The notes: a model not told the origin generated them from the letters alone. Shown: positions 10,401 to 22,702, counted from the first letter of the whole stretch. The stretch is 63,306 nucleotides of DNA, filler included, from Nemertoderma westbladi (GCA_032718475.1; 3 parts of 3 records of this genome joined end to end with filler, not necessarily neighbours in it); one strand, 5' to 3'. Numbers and translations: made by a program.

Positions 10401-11586
10401 ATCTGTAATCTCAGTAAATCGTGAGTTTACTAAACCGAAGTGCTTGCAGATCGCAATCGCAATCGTTCTTTCGCTTACCGCAAGAATACCGGCCACATCT
10501 TTAAGGGTAAATTTCATATCACGCAGGTAACGAATTTGATTTTTGGTAATTTCAAAGAAAGGGCGTTCTCCAGTTGCAATTAATTTGGGTCTCGTGGCGT
10601 TCATTGCTGATTTATATGTAAGCAGAAATGAATAAACCTACTGGTAAAGGGCCTATTATTATGGACTGACAAGTAAGACATTTTAAAATAATCTTAACTC
10701 TCCAAAGTTCACCAATTTATTTTTTCATAAATTTCACCAATATATATTTCTCTGACCAATACATTTTTTCTAATAATTATATATTTCATCAAGTATACCA
10801 ATATATATTTTTATCACCAATATATTTTTTCATAAGTTCCCCAATATATTTTTTTTCTGACCAATATTTATTTCTCTCACCAATATTTATTTTTTTCCTC
10901 ACTACTATATATTTTCTCTCATAAATATTTTTTTTTTTCACAAAAATATATTTTCTTCTGAATAATATTAATTTTTTTCTCACTGATATATATTTTTTCT
11001 CACTAATATATTTTTCCCGACCTTTTTGCATGAACGGCGCCCCATAGTCTAGCCTAGGTTGTCAGTAATACTGTAGTTAATCTACAAGCAACAACGTTAT
11101 ATTACATCGCTTCCTCCAGCCAAGAAGTAATTACTCATACTCTCTGTCGTAATGTCATACCATTTCATTAAGATTTGTAGAAATTGTATAAATACTGCAG
11201 TTCAGAAAAAATATAGTCACTACGAGTAAGAACGATAATATTACAGGATCGGGTGTATGGTATGGTAAGGTAAGGTAAGGTAATTGGTCATTTGGTATTT
11301 GGAATTTGTGGGGCGACTCAAAGTTTTGAGTCGCGCAAGCCATCAGCGAACTGTTATAAACAATATAGGCCTACTATGGCCGTTTTCCAAAAGTCTGTGG
11401 GTGGGTGTCGGGGTGGGTGTGTGTCTCAGTTTAGGTGGGGGTGCCCGAGTTGGATGTTAATACATATCTAGCTTATATTATTATAATTGTTCAATGAGAT
11501 GGCTTGCAGTTTAGCTACTACTCGTGTATATAATGGGTATCTATTTCATCCAACACTGGAGATGGATGAATTTTGTTTGCGTCGAA

Positions 11587-11618
<32 letters not shown>

Positions 11619-14600
11619 TTTGGGAACAGCAATAACAGCATACTGTACGTACAATATGAATCATCATCACACATGTAATAAATTCCCTGTTTAATTAAGG
11701 AGTTGTTTAGACTTGGAAATTCTGACAAAGTTTATTGTTATTGATCGCTCTGCAACCCAACATGAATAGCATACGAGCTTACTTCATAACATATGAATAA
11801 CAGAGGGAGTGAACAATTAGAATTACGCACCTCTGTATAGAACATAGCTGATATAGATCGGCTTATAGATTGAATAGTGGGATGCCTTAGCATATGTTTA
11901 GACTATATGATAATATACAACACCATTGCATTGTCTTAAGACTTGTTTTAATGTCTTAATATATCTCACTGAATTTAATAATTAACTTTACACATTTAAA
12001 ATTTGACAAGATTTCAATTAAATTTAATCTTTGACGCCATTTAACAACCACTCTTTGACGGATAAGCGAAATAGGTAAGTTGGTTGTTATTTATTATCAT
12101 CCACCAATTTCATTTACGATGTTTAAATAATAAACTAGATAACTATTTGTTTAAGGTTGCGAGTTTACCCGCATTCATTTATTAAGCAACGTTCACGATC
12201 ACGCGACTGTGTTCACGCGACTGTAATTTATAATTATTATTGGTGGGCCTACTGTATTTTGGGTTAAGGGCTGTTGTCTAGGTCTACCTTTTGTCTGGGC
12301 CTTTCTTGGAATGGTTGGAGCGACAGACTTTCAAACTGGAACTCACCAGCTCGATCCCACATGGATACCGACATACCAACTTTGCTAAGCTGTGCCCAAC
12401 TAAAGTTACTGTAATTTATGATATTTTATCTTCATTACCGAACGTAAAACAATGCGAAAATGAAAAAGATTACGCGTCTCTTAACTAACCTTAATACTAT
12501 TTTAAAAATAAATGCGTTAGATAGCTGTTCCATATTACATTATATAATACGGGACACGGACAAAATTGCCAGTGCAAGTCAAATGTTGGTTAATTTAAAT
12601 ATTCGTTCCCTTAAAGAAAATTTCTGATTATCACTTTTTAGCTTGCATAATCGTATATATAAATTTGTCTTCAAACTCAATTTTAATTTGTGTTGGTAAT
12701 ACTTGTCGTGCGAAAACTATTATGTACGATAATTACAGTGTAAGAGGTGGTGCCGTTAGCCATAGTGGATATATTTTATTTATACTACGTGTTCATTTTA
12801 ATGTTATTTTAGTCTGACTATTTTTATTTGTGCCATTAATTAGTTATTATGTTATTTTAAATAGATACAGTATGGCCATTCATTGGTTGAATTAAATTAA
12901 TAAATAAAATAAATAAATTTTATTGTCATTACGATAATAATGTTCGAATTCAAATGAATTTGCCAGCGATATCACCAGTTATAGTTTGAATCGGAGTCCA
13001 AAATCTGAAAATTTTGGCCGATATGGCCTACGTGACCCCTTAATAGATTACCAGCCGAGTACATAAACTGTATCTTAAAGTATCTTATAAATTCAACATT
13101 GTAATTAATAATAGGGGTTGTATACGGGCAGTATGATGGATGATACAGTAATTATCCTAAAATATGATATCATCCAGCAAAGGTTATAAGAAATAACAAT
13201 AAGATTAGCGAAATCTTATAATACAGTTTCAAATGTGCTCAAGTCATTGGCGTAAAATTAATTCAATTATTCTGTCCGAGTACGTTGAGTTTTGCACGAG
13301 TTGGCAGACAAAATGCCATCGAGTGAAAAACTCAATACACGAGGGCAGATTATCTGAATTTTGGTTAACTGAAATTAGTGACGAGGAGTTCTTTCCGCAC
13401 GTTTTGTTTATCGGAGACGCTATTTTATCTGAAAAATTAAACGATTTACTGGTATTGAATTTACATGTGTAATATACATATTTAGTTAATCAGCTGTAAT
13501 AATTGTCAATAAGATGGTATTTTTATGAAATATCATTAAAATGGTTTATACAAATTGTCATATGATACAGTATATTGTTTTTACGATGTATACAACTCAA
13601 GCAGTTTATGAAAATTCTTATAAGCCTAATTTAATTATGAATTTTTCAAATTATTTAGATTAACAGAACAGGTATGAAATGCTCTATTTGCAGCTTATTT
13701 TACTACAAAAATCCATATATCTGTGATTAGGCCTATATCAGATCAAATTTCATTGAAATATTATGGATTCGAGATCACGAAAATAAAATTAATTTAAATG
13801 TAATTTAAAACATTAATTAAGGGAAGGGACATTTCGCATTTTTTGACATTTTTAGGACATTTTACGTGACGAAGCATTCTAGAATAGATCCGACATGCAC
13901 ATGACTCGTGCAGGACGGATTTAGAATGCAGATTAATTTATTACCTAACCCTGCAAACCACATCTGAAGTAAAAACATTTGGTGATTGCTTGGTTTATGC
14001 TCAAAAACGTTTGTTGCTTGCTTAGTGCTTAGTGCTTACAGTCGAAATAGTGTAATTTTTGTATGTTATTTAAATGTTATGATAAACTTGAATAGATATA
14101 AAATTACAAATGAACAATTATAAGGCCTTAAAATTAATTAATTTAGGTAGATTCATTAATATGAATAATCTATTTTGGCATTTTGGAAATGTGATAAATT
14201 ATATAAATCTAACTAATTGATTTCGAATTTGTGGTTCATCGCCATAAGATATTAAAGATACTCTCATATCACTATGGATTAAATATTTTCATAATACTCT
14301 GATGCTTCCTTTTCTAAATGTATAACGGTAGGGTATTGTAGGTGTAGGGCCGTAGGATAGGGTGTAGGGATTGGATAAGGTAGGCTACCACCCCCCCCCC
14401 CCCCCCCCCCCCTCGCACAGAACATGCACACATACACAGAAATTAATAGCCTCGCGCATACGAACTATAAGTTTGTGATTAATGTTTATTTTATTTAAAA
14501 TGTTTTAATTTTTAAGCAGAAAGCAAAATTTATGTTTAATTTATGTTTGTTTCAAACGATTCAACAAAACGTTGTTGATTAAGCTTGTATCGGCTGGACA

Positions 14601-15403
14601 AAATCACCGAGTACAAACGCTTATCACAAACATATAATTCAAATGTTTTCAACGTTTTAAGATAATGTTAGTTTAATGTTTAAATTACCTTTTATGGTTT
14701 GCAGGGAAGGAATTTGTTTATCTCTTTCAGCAAGAGCAGATAGATATATTGGATACTAAAACACGCCCATACCACAATGGTGATTTGCCTCAATTTTTCA
14801 TTTTGATTTCTAATGAATATTTACTTTACTTTTTATTTCTACTGTATCTACTGTATAAAGTGTATACTACAATTTACTTTACTTTTGATTCATATTTTAT
14901 TAACTTTACCTTACGGTATTTTTGATTCTTATATTATGGTAAATTTTACTTTTAAATTCCATTTATTAGGAGCCCGCTTGACAGCGGGATACTTACTGTA
15001 AGAATCTCAGGGATACTTTCTGTAAAAATCTCAGGATACATTACACTGACTGACACTGACTGACTGATAATTATCCAGGTTCAGGCACTTCCTGCCTGGC
15101 GATTTTGATGAAATTTTGCAAGTACATTGCTTTGGTGGTTCATAATCGCGTTACAAAATTTCAGATCGATTCTATGTGTGGTATTCGATATATTTAGTTT
15201 TTTGACATTGTTTTGTCGCGAAATTAAAAGCAATGGTAAAATAACAGCTGGTGTTCATGATGAAATATGGCTTAATATGTTATACACAGTCATAGTAAAA
15301 CGTGTTGGTTGCCAAGTTTTACTAGTAGGCTATAAGGAAAGGCAATGTTTACTCACACATAAGCTGTTGGTTTCTAATGTATTACCCCATAAGCTGATTG
15401 CTC

Positions 15404-15503
15404 NNNNNNNNNNNNNNNNNNNNNNNNNNNNNNNNNNNNNNNNNNNNTTAATTAATTAANNNNNNNNNNNNNNNNNNNNNNNNNNNNNNNNNNNNNNNNN
15501 NNN
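15404..15503. other. Artificial contig linker
   Basis: N44-TTAATTAATTAA-N44, stops in all six frames. Confidence 0.97.
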
Positions 15504-15779
15504 CAAACGGCTCTATTTTACGATGATGTATCTTACCGCCGATCGACGGATCGACGATCGAACAGATGGAGGAATATTGTAAAACTGGAGAGCGATCACC
15601 CGAGTTTCCCCTTCAAGACGTGCGTCTTTGGTATTATTATGATAAATGCCCTAGACCCAGCCAATAAATGGAAGACATATTAGGCATACGACTTTCGGAA
15701 TATGGAGAACATTCCATACCCCTTCGTTGATACTCAGCTGATTGCTCCTTGAGCAGAAGGCCGAGGTTTCTTTCGCACT

Positions 15780-17477
15780 ATGTATGCCAATACACCCAGC
15801 AACATTACTAAGGTACAAAGGACATCCATCGGACATCTTGCCTTTCAAGAATATGGATGGAATTTCAAAGTTGGAAATCCTACCAATTACCAGCAAGTAT
15901 ATGGAGATCATTACTCTCGTTTATATTTTGATGGCCCATTAACTGCGCCTGGTGCCGTATATAGCTTTATGAGTGTTCCGCTTCGCCCTTCCTTAGCTAT
16001 ATACACGATCTTTGAAAACGCAGCACTTGCCGGTTGGCTAGCCGATGTGTGCAGTCGTACCATACACGCTCACCCATTAATACTTGGAACTAAACTCGCC
16101 AAGTTAGACGAACACAATAAGTTCATACGTTTCGAATGTTTCCGGCGCTTTCTGACTCCGTTCCGTAACGTCGATAGTCAGTTCAAGGACCGCGCGCTGA
16201 CCAAACTCAGTCTGAGAGACTCAGCTGCGGAGAAACTGAGTAGCGCTGGATTTGCCGTTTTTCAAGACGTTTGTATACAGAACTTACATTCATCCGTTAT
16301 ACAAAGACCCAGAATACCTACAGGTTATTCCGTCGTGGAAATACAGACAGTGGATCCACTTACTGAGACCGACGCACCCACTTCGTCTATACAGCTGGAA
16401 GATGAACCAGTATGCTTGGGATCAGAAGCGATTCAGCCTACGGCTTCCCGGAGCAGTGACACTGATTATGTCATAGAGTGGTATCAAGGTCCACAACGTC
16501 TCACAGCGTACGATTATCGACACGCCAACTACGTTTCTCGAAAACGTTGTCGATTATGCGCATCGAGAGACCACTTCACTCATCTAGACTCGAGCGTACC
16601 TTGTTCCTATTTCCTCGAACAACCGATGATGGAAATATATTGTGCTTATTGCCGGCTTAATAACTCTCATATTTTTGCCGTCTGCCCACAATTTATGACT
16701 CAATGTCACTACTGTCAACTTGAAGGACATGAAAGTTACAATTGTCCCTTTAATCGCGATTTAGAGAGCGTAGACGAGATGATCACCCTGCGATACATCC
16801 GAGCTTGGGAAGCGAACGCAGATTTACATTGCGAATCCCGACATCGCTATTACCCTGGACGAGCTTACGAGGGAGTTTACGCGTTCCATCCTTATCTATT
16901 CGCGTCGATTGAACAGAAAACACGCGTACCAAGTTACGAATTAATGAAGCGTGTTGGTGAGTGTATTTCCACCAAGTTTGTCAGGAAATACCTTAGAAAC
17001 GTTAACCCTAATGATATAACCACATATCACCTGATCAATTTTATCCGTCAGGACCCTGAGTATGGCGACATCTTTGTGAACTCGCATCCTGAACTACAGG
17101 AAGTATCTCGGCGACCATATGAATATCGAACCCGAGAACGCGAGCTAGAGAGAACCATTAAACCAAGAAAGTTCCTCACTACTCACGGTCCACCCACCGC
17201 TAGTGTCCAGACGACCCGTCAAGGACCCGTAGGAGCTGCTGTACTGAGACGCGCCCTCAAGGCCGTTAGACCTCGCTCCCCTGAGGTTGATATTAATCAA
17301 CCAGGTACTTCGACCGGCGGGTATACCGATCGTAACCCTACACCTTCTGATGCAATTGTATTGCACCCTTCGCCTAGGAGCTACAGCCCTCCTCGTAAAG
17401 TGGCTCGCCCCAAAGAGAAAAGGACTCTCGCTAGCCTCAAGAAACTGCGTAAACGCCGTCCGCGTAAGAAAGACTAA
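15780..17477 (+). CDS. 565-aa intronless ORF with tandem CCHC zinc knuckles and basic C-terminus; probably retroelement- or virus-derived
   Basis: CHYCQLEGHESYNC is an exact CX2CX4HX4C, preceded by CAYCRLNNSHIFAVC and CRLCASRDH; ends KKLRKRRPRKKD; the same frame runs back to the contig edge at 15504 with two stops. Confidence 0.7.
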   Translation: MYANTPSNITKVQRTSIGHLAFQEYGWNFKVGNPTNYQQVYGDHYSRLYFDGPLTAPGAVYSFMSVPLRPSLAIYTIFENAALAGWLADVCSRTIHAHPLILGTKLAKLDEHNKFIRFECFRRFLTPFRNVDSQFKDRALTKLSLRDSAAEKLSSAGFAVFQDVCIQNLHSSVIQRPRIPTGYSVVEIQTVDPLTETDAPTSSIQLEDEPVCLGSEAIQPTASRSSDTDYVIEWYQGPQRLTAYDYRHANYVSRKRCRLCASRDHFTHLDSSVPCSYFLEQPMMEIYCAYCRLNNSHIFAVCPQFMTQCHYCQLEGHESYNCPFNRDLESVDEMITLRYIRAWEANADLHCESRHRYYPGRAYEGVYAFHPYLFASIEQKTRVPSYELMKRVGECISTKFVRKYLRNVNPNDITTYHLINFIRQDPEYGDIFVNSHPELQEVSRRPYEYRTRERELERTIKPRKFLTTHGPPTASVQTTRQGPVGAAVLRRALKAVRPRSPEVDINQPGTSTGGYTDRNPTPSDAIVLHPSPRSYSPPRKVARPKEKRTLASLKKLRKRRPRKKD

Positions 17478-18709
17478 CTGTTTAGAGTATCTTTAGGTTT
17501 TAGAAACTGTGATTTTTATATTTTATAGACTGAAAATCCCATTTTCTGGGAGCGGTGTAAAAGCCTTTGCTGAATTGCCCCGTTATTTTTATTATATTTT
17601 ACATTAAAATACTCTGTAGTTGATTTAATAGGTGTAAGAGACTGTATTATTGCTGTATCGATGTTTTTTAGAGGATCTAAGAGCTATTTCCTCCGTATGT
17701 GTACTGTGGAAGGCATAGTTGATGATTCTATGGCAATTCCGTGACGCAAAAGGTGATAGCTACTCTTGAACAGTAGTTACTATGACGACGGTTAACAGCT
17801 GATATTCATACGTGTTGATTTTCTTTGTTCTACGGCATCTCTCAGTTCAGTCAGCCAATCAGAGCATTTTTATGGCTCTTGTAGAGAAATTTCCTAGAAA
17901 TCAGGCAATGCTTTATGTGCAGTGTTTACATTCTGTCCTGAGCCAGGAGAGAGCGGCTTGGAAATATTTTGTGCTTTTCTGTTTTAGCCTAACACTAGTA
18001 GGCTTAATTATAAGGACATATATCCGTTATCACACTGAATCACTGTGCAACTCAACTAAACAAACCAAATCTGCATGTACCATACACTGGTGCATACTTT
18101 ATATTGTTATACTGCTATTTACTGTCGGTTCTTCATAATATGGTTGATGAATTATTATATTTGGAATAACGATAAATAACCCCGAAACCCCAATATTCTT
18201 GATATACCGAAGGTAAGAGAGAAAGGTTACATATAACGATTGTGACTTATGTTAAAGTGGTTTGAAGTGAATCTAATGTTATTTGATAGACCCTACATGA
18301 GTCGGTCCGTGTTCCTTTTATATGTGACTAAAATCAGTGAAGATCGGCAGATTAGTGTGCAGTATTGTGCAGCATGGTGTATGAGTAAGACTGATAACGA
18401 AGCATTTCCTAAAGAATGCGCCATATATGTGAATTATAACTAAGCCATATCGTTGTGAGTAGTTTAAGTCATAACTCTGTTTATATAGATAGAGCGCCAC
18501 GTCCTAAAGGAACTGTTAATATTCCCCGAAGGTGAATAATATTGTCAGAGATTATATAATACTGTCAGTCGAATAATACATTAAGCTTACATAGCAATAA
18601 GATTAAGCCGTCGAACCCAATCTCCCGGGTATATCCAGCGGGTGAATGATCGCGCACAGATTGGTTTCGACTAGTGTAGTGAATTAAATACTTGTCATAG
18701 GCTAAAAGT

Positions 18710-19262
18710 GATTTATTATCTAGAAGACATCCTAATTTGGCGGGTTAAACTGCCAAAGGTCTGAAAGCGCGAACAGCAGCAGTAGTACCAGTACTCTTAT
18801 ACCGGAGTCCATGCTGGGCTCTAACTGCAGAGTAAAACCAAATCTCTGGATGGCCCTTACAGTACACAAGAATGCTGTGCCGGGTTCAATGTGTCAAAGT
18901 ACAATGAACAGTGAACACATCTCCAATCAGACTCTATACAATCTTGGAGGTATTTCATTGGTCTCCCATAACTTAACACTTGAACGGAACCGTCTCCGTT
19001 TTGCAAGACATTGCTTTTGCCGTGAGGACCAGCCAGTGCATAATATTGTGCTTTGGTAGCCTCATAGAGTGAATAAGCATGGTGGACAGCACAGCCCCTA
19101 CCTTTCTTGAGACGCCTCTTAAAGGACACTGGCCTTGAAGATGCAGATGATATAGCAAATTTCATGGGTGATAGGGATTTGTGGCAGCGCAATTTTGTTG
19201 ACAAGCCGTCACAGCATTCTTAATATAGGCCTATATACATGTACTGTATATAATGCAGCTCC
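18710..19262 (+). mobile_element. RTE LINE 3' fragment, decayed
   Basis: HISNQTLYNLGG..RLRFARHCFCREDQPVH; similar to 31930-32358. Confidence 0.85.
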
Positions 19263-19537
19263 AAACCATACTAGTAGGACGCGCCACCAACGTCGGCTCC
19301 TGTGTCGGGGTCTATGTTGTTACAACTGTAGTGTTGGATCATATACTGTAATACTTTCCTTACTGGCCGATCCTTTAACGTTGCCAAGGCAATAAGTTAA
19401 TAATCAACGCAAAACGCTCGAAACATTTCGTAAATAATATGCCTTTTGACAGTAAATTAGTTCTTGCCCTTTCGCTCATAACGCGTTTGTTTGAGGCTTT
19501 TTATTACGCGCTTTTATTGTTCTTTCTGCAACAGTTA

Positions 19538-19914
19538 GGGGCCGTCCAAGTATGACGTCAGCACTTTCGGGTGGGGAGGGGGGTTGGGAAAATCTGATGA
19601 CGTGCTGATGAGGGGAGGGGAGGGGGTCAGCCAAAATCTGACGTCAGCATGTTCATTTATAGGTGCTAGAAGAGATATAGCAGAAGAGTAAATAGCTTGC
19701 CTATTTTAATTGTTCGAAGCCCCAGAAGGCCCGTAGCACAACCTTCTGTTTCAGTTACCAGTCACCATGTTTCAGTGATTAGCACGCGAACATTTTTTTT
19801 AAATCTGATTTAGGGGAGGGGGGGTGTCAACGCCTATCTGATGACATCTGATTTAGGGGAGGGAGGGGGTCAACATTTTGGAGAAAAGTGCAGACGTCAT
19901 ACTTGGACGACCCC
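19538..19914. mobile_element. PIF/Harbinger-type MITE
   Basis: TIR GGGG(C/T)CGTCCAAGTATGACGTC, TTA on both flanks (19535-19537, 19915-19917). Confidence 0.88.
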
Positions 19915-20149
19915 TTACTACAGTACAATACAATATAAAATTCATTCATGTACGTACAACTCTACGTATAGGCTCTGCCTCCATAGCTTATTGCATTTTA
20001 TAAGCAACCATTTTCATTTTGTTCTTTCTGTCTGTGACCAGCGGCAGTGATAGTGAACGTCTAATGGAAGATAAAACCATGTTGGCACTTCAATATGTTT
20101 AACTGGAGGTGAATGACCGTCTGGTTGATTATTCCAGTCTCTCCTTTCT

Positions 20150-20663
20150 GTCCTTTTACTGTTTTAGGTGTTACGCCATCCAGCAATCTGCTGTCAGATT
20201 GTCTGTAGTGCAGTTAGTACTGCAGTAGTCAGGTAGTGCAGTAGTGTGCAGTGTGTACTGCAGTTAGTACCACTAAGTACAGGCAGAAGTACCGGCTGAC
20301 CGATACCGTAAAGAAATACTGAAGTAGGTACAGCGTGAACGGAACAGGAGGTAGGTAAATTTATAGAATTTGTATAGACTGAAGTACCGTATCATAATTC
20401 GTCGTAGCATTCCTACTCTCTATCACAACTCCAGAACTCTACTCTGCTACACCATCCTGCATCCATTGATCCATCATATACTTCACTGGCCTGCCGGTAG
20501 CTGGGTAGGCCCTACCGGTACTCAGTACTACCGTACTGCCGTATTGATTCTGACTGATTGATTGCAGATTGTGGAGTCCAGAGTCGTTCAGTCGTTAGAT
20601 CGAATTGGGCGTTATACTGTTATACCATAGGCCTACACCGGTGTCTGGATTCAGTCAGACCCG
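20150..20663 (+). promoter_or_regulatory. UBE2W promoter/5' UTR island, with possible 5' UTR intron (about 20355-20567)
   Basis: Dense CAGT/AGTA/TACCGGTA/TAGGCCTA words; AG|GTAAAT near 20355 and ctgactgattgattgcag acceptor ending 20567. Confidence 0.5.
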
Positions 20664-21119
20664 ATGACTTCTATGCAGAAAAGGCTGCAGCGCGAGTTGA
20701 ACCACATGCTGAAGGAACCGCCATCAGGTGTAACCGTGAACGCAGACAGTGTGACCAGTACGTTTAGCGAATGGGTTGTGAACATTGAAGGTGCCCAAGG
20801 GACCTTGTTCACCGGAGAACACTTCCGGCTGCAATTTAAATTTTCAAATAGTTACCCTTTCGACTCCCCGCAGGTAATATTTGTCGGGGATAACATCCCG
20901 TTACACCCCCACGTCTACAGTAACGGACACATATGTTTGTCGATACTGACTGACGACTGGAGTCCAGCAATGTCCGTCGAATCCGTCTGTCTGTCCGTTA
21001 TATCAATGCTGAGCAGTTGCTCGGAAAAGAAACGCCCTCCCGATAACAGTTTCTACGTAAAAACTTGTAATAAAAACCCGAAGAAAACTCGATGGTGGTA
21101 CCACGACGACGAAGTGTGA
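20664..21119 (+). CDS. UBE2W: Ubiquitin-conjugating enzyme E2 W, intronless CDS
   Basis: QKRLQREL, YPFDSPQV, HPHVYSNGHICLSILTDDWSPA (His in place of the usual HPN Asn), KKRPPDNSFYV, KNPKKTRWWYHDD. Confidence 0.97.
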   Translation: MTSMQKRLQRELNHMLKEPPSGVTVNADSVTSTFSEWVVNIEGAQGTLFTGEHFRLQFKFSNSYPFDSPQVIFVGDNIPLHPHVYSNGHICLSILTDDWSPAMSVESVCLSVISMLSSCSEKKRPPDNSFYVKTCNKNPKKTRWWYHDDEV

Positions 21120-22160
21120 CGTTATTTCACTTCCGGTAGCATCCTCCCTATTCTCCTCCGCTCACGTTGTTGCGGCACAATGATGTCAATTATTTAGTTC
21201 CAACGCGTCTCAGCGTTGCTTTTTCATGGATTTATTTATATTATTATAATTAGCGATTAACGCACATCACTTTTTTGTTAATGTTGTTCACAAACAATAT
21301 ATAATAAAGCAACGTGGTCTTTTAGGAAGTTTTATGCCGAGGGCAAATATCGTATGAAAATAAGGGGATTTCCCGTGTTATTTTATTTTTTGAATTATAT
21401 TTTTATTTGCAATATATATTGATTAATATTTGAGCGACAGCCGTAAAGAAGTAGGCCTATACGAAAACATTGTTATTACCATACCCTATGGCACACTTTA
21501 AGTAAAATTGATATTTTAAAAATGTTATTTTTCTTAAAAAATTCAGAAAATGTATTCTAAATTAAAATGCTTAAAACGAAAGATTCCTATTGATGTTGTT
21601 GTGGTGGTTGCGTTAATCAATAGAATTTGTTGAGGACAACGTTTGTTACTTAAAGCACACATTTATTATTGTAATTCTACTAGTTTTCACTGTAACTAGA
21701 TATTCATCGAAATACAATGATCGAACGATGCGAATTCAAAATAGGGCTAGGGCTTCGGTTAAGATTTGGGTCTGTTTCGGGGCTTTACTATTAGTTACTG
21801 TCGATACTAGCGGTCGCTGGACGACCCGGGTTGACTTAGGTTTAAAACAAAAGCTTTTAGCGTCAATTTACTACCACTGCGTTATTATCTGTACGGAATA
21901 AGAGATCATTAATCAAAGTATCACTACTGTGTTTTTCTATGATATGATGATATTCCCCATGATTTTCCATCAGTTTTCGTGAACTCAGAATATCACAAGG
22001 CTGCGAATGGATTAATTAACCTTCCTTACAGGTTCCACCAGCTACAGTCATGCGAGAACGTTTATACTTTATTTTAGGTTATGTTATTTTTAAATAACTC
22101 AATATAACGGTTGCTATTGTGTTGTGATTTTAAATAATTAAATGATTCGAATGATTCCAA

Positions 22161-22702
22161 CAGGGTTGTCACTCACCTGGAATAGTCGGGGAATTTCATT
22201 TTTTCTTGAAATGTTTTCTAAACGCGGCCCATATACTACTACAATCGGCATGCTGCATTGCGGCTGCATTATATATATATATTACTTGTTATATTAAGAA
22301 TGCTGTGCCGGAGATCATTAAGATGTGTCTCAAGAAAGTCATGGGCTGTCCACCATGCTTATTCACTCCATGAGGCAGCCAAAGTACAAGATTATGCACT
22401 GGCTGGTCCTCACGGCGAAAGCAATGTCCTTCAATGATGATCTAAGGACATGCGTAGAACATAGTCATAGTCAACCACAATTATGAACAAGAATGGCGCA
22501 GGTGTGTCTCCTTGGAGGACTCCCCATAATACTTCGAATGGTTCTGTGTCACATCAACAGTAAACACAAATGTTGTCGAACCATCGTATACTGATCTGAT
22601 TGCTGCAATATTCTATAAAAATTTAGTGTATCTGCAATGCAATCAGGGAATTTTTTCAAAAAGTCAGGGAAAATTCATGCTGAATAAGATGTGGCAACCC
22701 TG
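22161..22702. mobile_element. hAT-like MITE with an internally deleted RTE fragment (22235-22610, minus strand) inside
   Basis: Termini CAGGGTTGTCAC / GTGGCAACCCTG; minus-strand GVLQGDTPAPFLFIIVVDY joined to the RTE 3' end; no matching TSD seen. Confidence 0.6.

Larger units (their letters stand above)
5897..11046 (-). mobile_element. Decayed IS3EU-like DDE transposon with long AT-rich subterminal inverted repeats, carrying three nested insertions
   Basis: Minus-strand transposase remnants RPFFEITKNQIRYL..LAVSERTI (10400-10570), IHVQRWRIRE..DPIG, LWHVDTNHKLIRWRFVVH, YGIPDRVRGDMGVEN (8245-8590), [19 protein letters not shown] (7900-7980); terminus TATGGGGCG at 11046; 5897-7178 mirrors 10710-11010. 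Confidence 0.8.

Noticed and set aside
11589-11616. Long poly-C/G tracts (also about 14391, 46995, 47741)
   Set aside because: Homopolymers in repeats with unreliable length; no functional evidence
16540-16750. Nanos-type zinc finger
   Set aside because: Cys/His spacing fits retroviral-type knuckles, not the Nanos CX2CX12HX10C pattern
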